Source of the DNA: Octopus sinensis
Lineage: Eukaryota
Direction of reading: 5' to 3'
DNA: 64,000 bases
Assembly (NCBI RefSeq): GCF_006345805.1
Contig: NC_043005.1
Location: 12,648,001-12,712,000, forward strand
Positions within the stretch are counted from its first letter, which is position 1, and every line of letters starts with the position of its first letter. Below, piece after piece: positions 12,900-26,192 of this stretch. The notes below the pieces were generated by a model. That model did not search any database and was not told where the DNA came from. It was given only the letters and a program-made list of their open reading frames with translations. The position numbers and the translations under genes are program-made.

Positions 12900-13262
12900 T
12901 AATAATAATCGTTTCTTTATTGGCCACAAGGGCCGAACTCAAAACTAGGAATACGTGGGGTTTAACACAAAAACAAATCGAGTAAACAATAAAATAACAA
13001 TGACAATTAACTACAATTAAACATTAAAACATCTCCAAAAGGGGACAGTTCCACAAAGGGACAATCGAGTAATCCCACACATCCTGGTTATCCCGATCGC
13101 CAGGTGCGCCTCAGCAGGCGCTTCTCTCTTTCTCATCTTCGGTTTACATGCGAAAGTTCAGAGTAGGTCCATTCACATGTGCCATTCTTGTCACATTCAC
13201 ACACCTTTCAACAAAAATACTGGGTACGGTGGGGGAGACAGAACCTCCCTCTCTACGAAGGT
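12900..13262 (-). mobile_element. 3' end (ORF2 C-terminus and 3' UTR) of an L1/Tx1-type LINE
   Basis: SIFVERCVNVTRMAHVNGPTLNFRM*, then a T-rich UTR ending cccttgtggccaataaagaaa. Clade call is from recollection of similar elements and the Tx1-like RT at 16920-17715. Confidence 0.55.
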
Positions 13263-13574
13263 AAATTGACAATATGAAGAGCGCGATGCGATTTGTAATA
13301 GATTGTTTATTTAACAGTTTGAACAATATTTCAACAGATCGTCTGTTTACTTCAGGTTCAAAATGTAAAATGAAAAATACACAGTTACACAAAAATTCAC
13401 AATATAAATGAGGAAATCATACGTTGTTATTTAGATTAAATGACATCATCAATTTTCATTTCTGGTAAAAGGAGAAAAAAAGAAAGAAGAAAAAAGAAGA
13501 AAGAAAAAATAAGATAAAGAATACTTAGTCGAATAGTTTTGTGTAAATGTGATGACATTCGCTTGCCATCTTAG

Positions 13575-14025
13575 TCATTCCTCTAGGCGTGATGTCAGGG
13601 ATTCACAACAATATTTGTCCCAAGGTATTTTAAGGACTGAAAGGGGAGTAGAGAGAGAAAATTTTCTGGGAATGTGCACTTTAAGGTGTTCTGCAAACTT
13701 GCAACCGTTTGATGTAAAATGATGGAGACGTTCTGTCGAACTATTGCTAGTGTGCTTCACTTCCTACCTACGCTCATTGAAAACTTTGTTTAATTGTTCT
13801 GTTGTACAACCAACATAAATGAAATTGTGTCTGGTGCATTCTGCTGCGCATATCAAATGGGTATCATAACACCTCTCACCTTCTGTATAAATCACAATAT
13901 TTCTGTTATGATTTGTTATGGAACTGGCTTGACTTATGTTATTGCACAATGAACAGGGCTTAACGTTGTTCTTTTGGCTGTTTTTCAAGGTGCAGTGTTC
14001 AGGAACTCGAATGGTAGTTTTCATG
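13575..14025 (-). pseudogene. Penelope-like GIY-YIG endonuclease relic
   Basis: KPCSLC ... HLICAAECTRHNFIYVGCTTEQLNKVFNERR* ... HHFTSNG ... LKVHI matches the PLE GIY-YIG pattern (CxxC..YVGxT..L..RF.EH). Confidence 0.75.
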
Positions 14026-14081
14026 GGGTTAGAGGTAGTGGTTAATATCTTTACTAATATCTTAATATCTCTACCGTTTCA

Positions 14082-14300
14082 GGCGGCGAGCTGGCAGAAA
14101 CGTTAGCACGTCAGGCGAAATACTTAGCGGTATTTCATCTGTCGCTACGTTCTGAGTTCAAATTCCGCCCAGGTCGACTTTGCCTTTTATCCTTTCGGAG
14201 TCGATTAAATAAGTACCAGTTATGCACTGGAATTGATATAATCGACTTAATCCGTTTGTCCTCTCTGTGTTTAGCCCCTTGTGGGTAGTAAAGAAATAGG
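14082..14300 (+). mobile_element. SINE family B monomer with TSD
   Basis: Full head and tail; 13-bp TSD ttaatatctctac at 14062-14074 and 14301-14313. Confidence 0.9.
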
Positions 14301-14361
14301 TTAATATCTCTACTATATTTTTATTGCGTCTAAAGGCTACAATAGGCTATTGAAGGAATAC

Positions 14362-14736
14362 TCTTTTACTTGTTTCAGTCATGTGACTTTAGTCGAGCAA
14401 ATCGACACCAGGACTTATTCTTTGTAAGCCTAATACTTATTCTATCGGTCTCTTTGGCGGAACCACTAAATTACGGGGACGTAAACACACCACCATCGGT
14501 TGTCAAGTGATGTTGGGGGGACAAAAACAGACACACAAACATATACACACATACATGCATATATACATATATACGACAGGCTTCTTTCAGTTTCCGTCTA
14601 CCAAATCCACTCACAAGGCTTTGGTTGGCCTGAGGCTATAGTAGAAGGCACTTGCTCAAGGTGCCACGCGGTGGGACTGAACCAGGAACCATGTGGTTGG
14701 TAAGCAAGCTACTTACCACACAACCACTCCGACGCC
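14362..14736 (-). mobile_element. SINE family A
   Basis: Homologous to 8454-8856. Confidence 0.9.
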
Positions 14737-15330
14737 TATTTATTTGTATACGAATATTTATTTGAAACGAGGATTTTTTTCTTGTAATATGCTAGTAACA
14801 TTCATACAATACTTTTTAAATGCCAGCGAAATTTCGGTACCAGTTAATCACTAAAGGAATTCTATCACATATTTTACTGTGATTGCTAAAGTCATGCATG
14901 TAAATTTGACTTCCCTAGCAAATTTTAGCTAAGTCATTTGCGATTTCCTTTAATAGAGATTAAACGTAACCGCATTTGACAATGTCGCACAAAATTATCT
15001 GCATGTTCCAGTAATCCCCTATATCAGTACAGGTCTGCTTTATTCTCAGTAGTTGTGATTTCAAATTTGACCTAATTATATGATGTGGATGTGAGAGTTT
15101 ATGTGGGAAGAAGGGGGCTTGCAAAATAACTCTTTCACTAGTCTGCCTTCTGAAAACTTAATTTATGTGTTCAAAAAACCCAACGCAGGTTTTTTTTTTT
15201 TTGCAAAACTAGACGTAAATTTTATATTGGACTTAAAGCTATAGTTTTTAGCGTAACAGTCACAGAAATACAATAGGAACGCATCATTTCCTAGTTAATA
15301 CTTTGAATTTCTAACAACAACAACAACAAC

Positions 15331-15391
<61 letters not shown>

Positions 15392-15406
15392 TTAATAATA
15401 ATAACA

Positions 15407-15690
15407 ATCCTGAAGCAGTACCAAGCACTGGCTCTCATGGCTTCTGATCTTAACTGATTGGCAGCGTTATTATGTACATGTTTTGTATTGGCATAAAAGA
15501 TGGGCTACAGCAATTATTCTGTTCAGTACTACAGATTTGCTCGTCAATATTTTTATCTTAACCATGTCCCTTGGTGGCTGACGATATGTGCATGATCAGA
15601 ATCATGAGCAGGAGTAGTGGGGAAGCATCATAGCCATGTATTGAGAGGAATCATTTGGGATTTGAATTATTCACCTCTGTAAACATTAGG
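15407..15690 (+). mobile_element. 5' half of the ~555-bp (AAT)n-associated retroposon
   Basis: Follows (AAC/AAT)n at 15313-15406; cctgaagcagtaccaagcactggctctcatggcttctgatc aligns with the start of 40592-41149; interrupted by a family B fragment (15700-15792). Confidence 0.8.
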
Positions 15691-15827
15691 GTTTCGTTCA
15701 GCATCTGGTACTTAATTTATCGACCCCGACTGAATTTGAACTCAGAATGTAAAGACTGCTAAGCATTACGCCCGGTGTGCTAACGTTTCTGCTAGGGAAC
15801 ATTATTAAAGCCATAAATATATGGGAT

Positions 15828-16140
15828 GTGAAGGCGCATGGCTCAGTGGTTAGAGCGTCGAGCTTACGATCGTGAGGTTGTGAGCTCGAATCCCGGACCG
15901 GACTGCGTGTTGTGTTCTTGAGCAAGGCACTTTATTTCACGTTGCTCCAGTTCACTCAGCTGTAGAAATGAGTTGCGACGTCACTGGTGCCAAGCTGTAT
16001 CGACCTTTGTCTTTCCCTTTGATAACACTGGTGGCGTGGAGAGGGGAGGCTGGTATGCATGGGCGACTGCTGGTCTTCCATAAACAACCTCGCCCGGACT
16101 TGTGTCTAGGAGGGTAAATTTCTAGGTGCAATCCCATGGT
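15828..16140 (+). mobile_element. tRNA-derived CORE-like SINE (family C)
   Basis: Head ggcgcatggctcagtggttagagcg...gagctcgaatcccgg; ttgagcaaggcactttatttcacgttgctccagttcactcagctgtagaaatgag resembles the CORE domain; second copy at 25848-26192. Confidence 0.85.
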
Positions 16141-16159
16141 CTGTGTCGTGACCGAAGGG

Positions 16160-16595
16160 GGTCTCCGAAATATATGGGCTGTGCTTTTACTGAGATACTC
16201 TGCTTTCCTTCTGAAATGCACAAAGGTCGAGCTACAGAACTTGGATGGAAGAACTAGAAAGCTGTTCACAATGCACAACGTATTCCACCCTATAAGAAAT
16301 ACCGACCGACTCTGCATACCAAGAAAGGAAGGTGGGTGCGAATTGCTAAATGCAGACGACACTGTCTGAAAATTTATGCTGTGCACGGCATCCAGTGTGT
16401 TACCTGTTGAGATCAGTGCATTTCCTGCCATCGCAAAGAGAGCAATATTTTGGCATCCAAAGCTGCAAATATCAAACTTTTTAGGAGTTCAATTAGCAGT
16501 AATATTTCGAACGGCTCATGTGTTGAGAAAAGTGCTGCATTTTCTAAGTTGCGTGATGGAGCTGAGACGTAAAATAGATGAATCAGAAGGTTAGT
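16160..16595 (+). mobile_element. Internally deleted R4/Dong fragment followed by (TAA)n (16596-16684)
   Basis: NIWAVLLLRYS..ELQNLDGRTRKLFTMHNVFHP..DRLCIPRKEGG, followed about 150 bp later by the C-terminal motif QLAVIFRTAHVLRKVL. Confidence 0.75.
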
Positions 16596-16600
16596 GAATA

Positions 16601-16684
<84 letters not shown>

Positions 16685-16919
16685 CCTTTCTAATATATTC
16701 ATGAGGCACGATATTTGGGGAGGTGGGGCAATCGACTAGATCTTTATCGGCTTCCTCTCTTCGCGATACTTTTCAGCCCATTGGATTCATGCTTAGAGTA
16801 CCCATTTACTCGGTCAGTCCCCACCACATGCACCCATATTTTTACAACTTTATTGGTGAGCAGTACATTTCCTTCCATCTCTCTATCCTCCCTTTACTTT
16901 TCAGGTCGAACACGAACTG

Positions 16920-17715
16920 TCAATCAAGCCAATCGCTCCGCCATTTGCTAATCGACTTCCCAAAGACGTCGTCGCATTTACCCGCAACAATTACACTATA
17001 GCACGCCATGGTGGAACATCTGCCAACTGCATTGCCAAACTGGCAGTAGACTGTGAGCGTCTGACAGTACTCTAGGTGCCACCTCTTCCCAGGTCTTGTT
17101 CACCTGGGGAATTTAATTGGTTTGTTCAGCTTCCCACGACGCTCTTGGACGACACGGACCGGCCTCTATACATACTGGTTAATTATTGCTCTGCCATGGC
17201 TCGTCTACTCCCTTAAAACTGCGCTGGTCACCTCGATGTGTTTTGTGTCCGCTTCTGATACGGTGACGTCTGCGCTTTGAAGTATAGGTCTTTTACATCC
17301 TGGTCCTCACCAGATGCCCCTCAAATCTTCCAACTTCTCCAGTAATGGATTTACTCTCAGTATGTACAGAATACGAGAGACAGAGATATCCTCGATGACC
17401 GAACGGGAGAGACTGAACATTTCCGATGGGAAGACATTTACTCTAGCCACCGAGGAAATATAACTGTACATTTCAGTGAACGAGCTTCTTGGGATGGTCC
17501 CGAAAGTAGTCGACCTGTGGAATGCCACCAGGTAGTAACGATGGACCATGTCGAAAGCTTTCCATTGATCTAAATTCATCATAACCTTACTCATATCGGA
17601 GTTCTTACCTATGATATATTACGCGAATTGAAATTGTCATGAATAGACCTATTTGGGATGGGATTTATTTGCGCATCACTGACAAGCGTTAGCCTCTTGG
17701 CTAACACTTTGTCTA
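16920..17715 (-). pseudogene. L1/Tx1-clade reverse transcriptase relic
   Basis: KILDKVLAKRL..IPNRSIHDN..NLDQWKAFDMVH..FSLSRSV..PLLEKL..SADVTV (degenerate YADD). Confidence 0.8.
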
Positions 17716-18396
17716 AAATCTTACACACACACACAAACGCACACATACAACGCACACATACACACGCATACACACACAAACGTTTGTGTATATTTAGCGA
17801 TAAGGAAAATTGATAATATTACCTACTACATTCGCTGTAAATTTCTTATTTAGATGATAGGTCATATAGTACAAATAAACCTAAAACCCAGACATCATTT
17901 TTCTCTGACAAAACTGAAAATAGTCTTTGATAATTGACATAACAATACGGAATAATTATAATGTCAGGCAGAAGTAAGATGAAACGCTAAGTAATTTTCA
18001 CTGATATAGCTATTGAATTAAATTAAAATCATTTCAGCATATAAGAAATGTGTGACACTCTTGTATTTATAATTATCATTAGAATAATAACACAATCATT
18101 CAGTAAAGAAATCGATAGTTTAAGTCTAAAGATAGCTTTAGTCACGTTCTATAATTTATTCCCCTATCAAATAGTATGGCATGAACAATTTTTTAAAGTC
18201 CCAGCCCTATTCCGTATTTTAATGACATAGTCAAGTAGAAATGAACATACGATTTGTGATGGATAGCAATTCAAGAAAATTACTCTAATCTCTGTCGAAG
18301 TCACAAACCAGAAATAAATACCAATCGACTGTACAACTTCGGGCTAAAACGTATAAGTCATACTTAAAAATGTAAAAAGTGAATTTGATATTTCAG

Positions 18397-18550
18397 GATC
18401 GGCTGTGTGGTAGATAGTTTGCTTGCCAGCCATATAGTTCCGAGTTCAGTACAACTGCGTGGCACCTTGAGCAAGTGTCTTCTACTATAGCCTCGGCCCG
18501 ATTTAAGCCTTGTGAGTGGATTTGGTTGACGGAAACTGAAAGACGTCAGT
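18397..18550 (+). mobile_element. SINE family A, 5' half
   Basis: Head through ggaaactgaaaga, then (TA)n. Confidence 0.8.
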
Positions 18551-18574
18551 CATATATATATATATATATATATA

Positions 18575-19230
18575 TTACAAATTTATGAAGAATCCAAATC
18601 AAAATACGGCTTGTCTTTCCACAAATACATATTGGAGTATTGGAAACGCTACTTGGATGATTGCCTCATCCTATGGTCCCACACACTCGACCAACTCAAT
18701 GATTACAAAAACTTAATTAACAATGTCACCAACCATATCCAATTTACAATGGAATATAGTCCTTTTTTTGACATTCTTATAAAAAAGGCACCAACATTGA
18801 AACTGATATCCATTACAAACCAACTGATTCCAAACAATACCTTATGTTCACCTGCAATAACCCAAAGCACACGAGGACAAACATCCCCTTCAACCTAGCG
18901 AGAAGAATCTGTACAATTGTCTTAAATTATAGAACACGAAATAAAAGACTTCAAGAACTAAAGGTAATTTTTCTCGAAAGACATTGCCCAGCATTATCAG
19001 TTGACAATAGAATAGGATGGGCCAAGACAATCGCTACCCACGACTTACGAAAACCGAAACACACTCATGGTACATTAAATAGTCTCCGATATCTCTCAAC
19101 ACAATCCAAGAAATGCAGAAGCTTACACAATTATATACAATAACATTCCACTACTGAGTCAAGACCCACATCTAAAAAAGGCACTCGAAACCCATAAAAT
19201 AATAAAAAGCAAAAGACATTTTCTTATTAT
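18575..19230 (+). pseudogene. Penelope-like reverse transcriptase (C-terminal part and thumb) relic
   Basis: YWKRYLDDCLILW..IQFTMEYS.PFFDILI..; after a frameshift, KPTDSKQYL..HTRTNIPFNLARRICTIV. Confidence 0.85.
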
Positions 19231-19237
19231 TATCAAA

Positions 19238-19640
19238 GGCGCAGGAGTTGCTGTGTGGTAAGTAGCTTGTTTACCAACCACGTGGTTCCGGGTTCAGTCC
19301 CACTGCGTGGCCCTTGGGCAAGTGTCTTCTATTATAGTCTCGGGCCGACCAAAGCCTTGTGAGTGGATTTGGTAGACAGAAACTGAAAGAAGCCCGTCGT
19401 ATATATGTATATATATATATGCGTGTGTGTGTTTGTGCGTCTGTGTTTGTCCCCCAGCATTGCTTGTCAACCGATACTGGTGTGTTTATGTCCCCGTTAC
19501 TTAGCGCTTCGGCAAAAGAGACCGATAGAATAAGTACTGGGCTTACAAAAGAATAAGTCCCGGATGTCGAGTTGCTCGATTAAAGGCGGTGCTCCAGCAT
19601 GGCCGCAGTCAAATGACTGAAACAAATAAAAGAGTAAAGA
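19238..19640 (+). mobile_element. SINE family A (plus a 3' half-copy at 19870-20075)
   Basis: Homologous to the other family A copies. Confidence 0.9.
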
Positions 19641-20341
19641 ATGTATAACTGTATTTTAAGACTTTGGGATAACCAGTACTTAACACAACAAAGCTTTTAC
19701 ATTTTACTTTTGACAATCTCTTTCTAAAAAAGTGAAACCGGTCAAGTGAATAAACATTTTTTTAATTGTATTTTCAAAACTTCTTTCATATATATTCCCA
19801 CTTGTGCGGTACCTTACAACTTTACTTTGTTATATATGTATGTATATGTGTGAGTGTGAGCGTATGTGTGTGCGCGTGTGTGTGTGTGTTTTCCCCAACT
19901 ACCATCGCTTGTCAACCGATACTGGTGTGTTTACGTCCCCGTAACTTGACGATTCGGCAATAAAAGACCAACAGAATAAGTACTAGGCTTACAAAGAATA
20001 AGTCATGAGGTCAATTTGTTCGACTAAAGGTGGTGCTCCAGCATGGCCGCGGCCAAATCATTGAAACAAATAACAGAATAAACGAATCTTTTTTATAGGG
20101 ACTAATGAATGTAATTGGATATCCTATCTATTGCAGAGTACATTCACCTTTGTTTTCATTGAAACATCGCTAAACAGATATCTGCGATTCAGATATTTTT
20201 CTCAACAAGCATCCAGCATTTACTAACAATATGCGAAGCTTTAATGATTAACACAATAAAATAACGCACCTACATCGGGTGGGGTGCTGTAGTTGAAGTC
20301 CATACAAACGATGTAAACTATATCCCAAAATGCCATTCAAC

Positions 20342-21255
20342 ATATTCTTTTCTACTCTAGGCACAAGGCTCGAAGTTTTGGAGGAGATAGGCCCAGCCGA
20401 TAACATCGACACCAGTACGCAACTGGCACTTCTTATTTTTTTATTGCCCACAAGGAGCTAAATATAAAGGGGACAAACAAGGACAGACAAAGGGATTGAG
20501 TCAATTAAATCGATTCCAGTGCGAAACTGGTACTTAATTTATCGACCCCGAAAGAATGAAAGGCAAAGGCGACTTCGGTGGAATTTGAACTCAGAACGTA
20601 AAGACAGACGAAATACCTATTTCTTTACTACATACAAGGGGCTAAACACAGAAGGAACAAACAAGGACAGACAAACGATCTCAGTCGATTATATCGACCC
20701 CAGTAACTGGTACTTCTTTAATCGAACCCGAAAGGATGAAAGGCAAAGTCGACCTCGGCGCAATTTGAACTCAGAACGTAGCGGCAGACGAAATACCGCT
20801 AGGCATTTCGCCGGCGTGCTAACGTTTCTGCCAGCTCGCTGCCTTGACCCTTGACACTCAAAATATTCTTTTCTATTCTAGGAAGAAGGTCCGAGATTTG
20901 TGGGGGAGGGGCCAGTCGATTAGATAGACCCCAGTACGCAACAGGTACTTAATTTATCGATCCTGTAAGGCAAAGTCGACCTCGGCGGACTTTGAACTCA
21001 GAACGTAGCGGTAAACAAAATACCTATTTCTTTATTACCCACAAGGGGCTAAATACAGAGAGGACAAACAAGGACAGACAAACGGATTAAGTCGATTACA
21101 TTGACCCCAGTGCGTAACTGGTACTTAATTTACCGATCCCGAAAGGATGAAAGGCAAAGTCGACCTCGGCGGAATTTGTACTCAGAACGTAACGGCAGAT
21201 GAAATACGGCTACGCATTTCGCCCGGCGTGCTAACGTTTCTGCCAGCTCGCCGCC
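20342..21255 (-). mobile_element. Tandem/nested array of family B SINE units with two alternative tails
   Basis: Heads at about 21255 and 20840; junctions gtatttcgtc|aaatag at about 20610 and 21015; type-2 tails (..ggccttgtgcctagagtagaaaag) at about 20345 and 20870. Confidence 0.85.
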
Positions 21256-21708
21256 TTGACAATTAACCTTTTACCATATAATTAGTCACTAATACACTCA
21301 TAGCGTTTTCCTGACCTACAAACGTATTATCACCTCAATCTCTCTTTTCAGTATGTATTACAGTAGCCAATGATTCGTGTTGCTAGCTGTCTTGTTCCAT
21401 TTCCATTTTGGTTGGCCTGAAGTTCCCTTTTCTCCAAATATTGTGTCTACTCACGGGGCCCTTCACAAACTAATATAATAATGTTCTTTCTCTCAATAAC
21501 GCTGTCCGTCTGGGTAATTTTCTTATTACCTCTACAGATATCAGATTTTAGGTTTTATTTAAAAAAAAACAGTCCGTTGATATCACTGACCTCACCGGTT
21601 AAGCAAAGGTTATGGAAAGAGCCCTTCTTGCAAGTCGAACCATGCATCACACAACTATACGAATAACTATATCCAATTACAGCCTCTTTATTTAAGATCT
21701 TCTGAGTA

Positions 21709-21960
21709 TACGATGGTGTCCTCTAAAGGTCCTGGCTGGGGATGAAAGAATATACTAGAGAATCAGTTAATTATGGTTTTATTCAACATATCCCCCTTCA
21801 AGATTCACTCACACATTGCAGCGGTCCTTCAATTTTTTATAAGCCCTGTGAAAGAACGTTGGGGGTCGTGCCACCAACCAGGTTTTTTGCAATAGGCTTA
21901 AAGGCAGCAACTTTTCAGCTCCTCCCACCTGAAAAGTCTTGAGAGTTTATGATCTTAAAC
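21709..21960 (-). mobile_element. Mariner 3' end (transposase C-terminus and TIR)
   Basis: FFHRAYKKLKDRCNV*VNLEGGYVE*, then ccaggacctttagaggacaccatcgTA. Confidence 0.7.
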
Positions 21961-23049
21961 GTGAAACAGTAATTCTTTAGGCAGATGATAAAAAATACTC
22001 TTTCATAAGAATTATAATTACAGATTTTAGGGTTTATTAAAACAGGCGCAGATATCAGTGAGTTTGAAAAATGGATTACGCCTAAACTAAATGGCTATGC
22101 TCTGATAAACTTATCATTAACCAAATCTGTATAGGAGAAATGTTTCAAGTAACAGCCAGAAATTAATTTTTACTTTAAAATCGGAATTAGAGTCTGGTAA
22201 CTAATAGATGTCTCTGTAATAACAGAAGCGAATTTTGCACACGCACACACAAACACACATACGCACACATACATACACACACATTCACACGCATTCACAC
22301 TCATTTTGGCACGCATATATTACTTACAAAGCTATACAGAGAAAGACGTACGCATCATATATTCAAATACAAACATATATGGCTACACATATACAAAAGA
22401 GAATAGAAAATGCATAAAAGTACAAATCACGCAACTGGAATTATTTAAGACTTTGGCAAATAAAATTTCAAATTAATTTCAGTTACTTCTGGCAGCCCTT
22501 TGATAATTCTAAGTTAGTCTTAAAGGGGTCTTCTCAAAAACAAAACAGCTGCATGTCTTTTCCCAGCATAAAGTATAACAGAAGAACGTCTGGTTTACTG
22601 AAGCACGGTGCATATAATACGAAAAGTTAACTGCTGTAATCAATACAAAATACAACATTAATGTGACACCTGAGGACTGCTTTAAAACCTTAGTGAGCAC
22701 TAACAGCAAATCAGAGTCAATGAAAAACCCACAATTGAACTGTGAGAAAAAAATTAATAATAGAGGAGTTAGTTTATTGGAGAACATATTTCGATTTTTT
22801 TGTTGTTGATTTTTTTTGTAATAGAACATATACATATAATGCTGTTCGATTTGCGTTGTTGTCAGTTTGAATTGCAGTGAAATCTATAAGTCAATATTAA
22901 AAGTTCTTCAATACATTGTTCTCTCCAAACTTTGTTTCACCGATTTATCAAAAATCAATGTGTTTTATCGAACACTAGCTAAAGAACATGCATTTTACTT
23001 CCATTTATTTGCATAAGCATACACAAGAAGATATTCGTACACATATATT

Positions 23050-23178
23050 TGAGTACATATACATATATATATATGTATGTATATATATATATATATAGAT
23101 ATAGATATATATATATAGATATATATATAATATATATATACATATATATATACATATATATATATATATATTATATAT

Positions 23179-23240
<62 letters not shown>

Positions 23241-23620
23241 GTATGTATATTCGCACATGCATGTATGTATATGGACATGTGCATTTATTTGCCAATACAT
23301 CTAAATCTTGTTCGGGTATATTTACACACACACACATACACACACACACACTCACTTACACACGGACACACAAATATTCACACACACACACACGCATATT
23401 TGTAAACACATATGTTTGTATACATCATTTTGTGAAGATGTGTGTGTGTTCAGTGTGTGTCTGTGTTCAGGGGAGGAAGAATGCATACTTTCCTTAAGCA
23501 TTATTGCAAGAGTTAAGCATTTATTTTTAAATTATAGCAAGCAATCTGTATTTTGGGTGAGAATTAAAAGCTAGAATAACTATATATACATATTGGATAT
23601 ATATGCATGTATGTATGTGT

Positions 23621-23698
<78 letters not shown>

Positions 23699-24822
23699 CA
23701 TATATATGCATACATACATATATGCATATACTTATACATGCATATATACATATATTTATATATATATATATATATATATACATACACTCACATGCGTACA
23801 TATTTATATACATACGCATATATATATGTGTGCATATATATATATAGATATATTAGTATATGCATATGCATATATATAATTATATATATATATGCACGTA
23901 TATATATATATATACACACGCATATACTTGTGTGTATATTTTTATATATATATTTATATATATGTATGTATGTATGTATATATACGTATATACATACATA
24001 CATATTTATACATATGTATATATATATGTGTGTGTGTCTGTGTGTATGTATGTATGTATGTATATGTGTATGTATGTATGTATGTATGTATGTATGTATG
24101 TGTATGTATGTATGTATGTATGTATGTATGTATGTTTGTATGTATGTATGTATGTATGTATGCGAGAGAGACAGAGAGAGTGAAGATACTTTGGAAACAG
24201 AATATTATAGGTTTTTTTTTTTTTTCCTTGGTTTCCCAATCAATTCCAGAAAGTTGCCTGAAGGCGATAGAAAACAGTAAACATTAAAAACTGCGGAGAT
24301 TGATCTTGAATTAAACCCATAAAGATCACAGCGTCACAAACAGAGAAACTGTAAAATACATTGTCATGTGAGTTGGCTTGCATTCGTGTGGCTTGTATTT
24401 TTGATTGTGTGTGTGTATGTGTGTGTATGTGTGTGTATGTGTGTGTATGGTATTATGCATTTCTATGTATGAGTGTGCTCGTGACTATATTGCATGCGTC
24501 TAAGAATGTGTTGTAATATGTAACTGCGTCACTAGCATTGAAATTCAGAAAAATACTGAAATATGTGTATGTATATATGTGTGTATATATATATATGTAC
24601 ATGTTTTTATACAAGTATATATACATACATGAATACATATATATGTGTGTTTGTGTGTGTGTGCGTGTGTATGTGTGTGCTGTCTGAGCGTGTTTGTGTA
24701 CGTGAGTGTTACTAGGTGCATATATATGCGTGTGGGAGAGAGAATGCCTATACGTGTGTATTGTGTATGTGTATATATATACATATATAAACGTGTATGT
24801 GTGTGTACAGATAAATGTACGC

Positions 24823-24853
<31 letters not shown>

Positions 24854-24870
24854 GCTATCTCTACATACAT
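23050..24870 (+). repeat. (TA)/(CA)/(TATG)/(TG) compound microsatellite blocks with short unique gaps
   Basis: Direct reading. Confidence 0.9.
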
Positions 24871-25002
24871 ATATACCTGGGTAAGCACATACATGTGAAA
24901 CAAGGTGTAAAAAAGAGAACTCGAATACCAAAGGTAGAGTAATACGCTTTATTTAAAAGCAGCAGAAATATAACATATCTCTGCTGCTTTTAAATAAAGT
25001 AC

Positions 25003-25125
<123 letters not shown>

Positions 25126-25144
25126 GTATATATAAATACATATA

Positions 25145-25315
25145 GGCGTAGGAGTGGCTGTGTGGTAAGTAGCTTGCTTACCAAAAAAATGGTTCCAGGT
25201 TCAGTCCCACTGCGTGGCACATTGGGCGAGTTTCTTCTACTATAGCCTCGGGTTGACCAAAGCCTTGTGAGTGGATTTGGTAGACGGAATCTGAAAGAAG
25301 CCCGTCGTATATACG

Positions 25316-25346
<31 letters not shown>

Positions 25347-25562
25347 ATGTTTGTGTGTCTGTGTTTATCGCCTCAACATCACTTGACAACCGATGCTGGT
25401 ATATTTACGTCCCCGTAACTTAGCGATTCGGCAAAAGAGGCCGATAGAATAAGCACTAGGCTTACAAAGAATAAGTCCTGGGGTCGATTTGCTCGACTAA
25501 AGGTGGTGCTCCCGCATGGCCACAATCAAATGACTGAAACCAGTAAAAGAGTAAAAGAGTAA
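25145..25562 (+). mobile_element. SINE family A
   Basis: Homologous to the other copies. Confidence 0.9.
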
Positions 25563-25612
25563 AGTGTATACGTATGTATATGTATATATATATACATACA
25601 TATATGCACATA

Positions 25613-25645
<33 letters not shown>

Positions 25646-25712
25646 CACATTCAAAATGTGACCGCATGTGTACCGTTGGCGATTTTTTTCCTCTGTCTTT
25701 CCTTCTCCTATA

Positions 25713-25745
25713 TTTCCGACGAAGAGCTCCGCTCGAAACGTTAAA
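25713..25745 (+). ncRNA. Type-I minimal hammerhead motif with U4C core variant
   Basis: uuu CCGACGA a GAGC ucc GCUC GAAA CG UU aaa: 4-bp helix II, 3-bp helix I, ACGU helix III. A related degenerate copy lies on the minus strand at about 37645-37678. Confidence 0.6.
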
Positions 25746-25847
25746 CCCTCTTTCTTTCCTTCTTTCCTGAGCGTCCAGTAATACTATATTTGTTCCACGT
25801 CCTCGCGTTGTTGTGTATTTTTGTTCTTTCTTGTTTGTATTAACTAC

Positions 25848-26192
25848 AAAAGGGTAAAGACCCCCTTCGGTCATGAATGACCATGGGATTGCACCTAGAA
25901 AGTTACCCTCCTAGACACAAGTCCGGGCAAGGTTGATTATGGAAGACCAGCAGTCGCCCATGCATACCAGCCTCCCCTCTCCACGCCTCCAGTGTTATCC
26001 AAGGGAAAGACAAAGGTCGAAACAGCTTGGCACCAGTGACGTCGCAACTCATTTCTGCAGCTGAGTGAACTGGAGCAACGTGAAATAAAGTGTTTTGCTC
26101 AAGAACACAACACGCAGCCCGGTCCGGGATTCGAGCTCACAACCTTACGATCGTAAGCTCGACGCTCTAACCACTGAGCCAGGCGCCTTCAC
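25848..26192 (-). mobile_element. CORE-like SINE family C
   Basis: Reverse complement of 15828-16140 at high identity. Confidence 0.9.

Noticed and set aside
22509-22760. Open frame after a strong minus-strand acceptor (tttttttctcacag)
   Set aside because: No recognisable protein family, no convincing donor, and open frames on both strands; cannot be supported.
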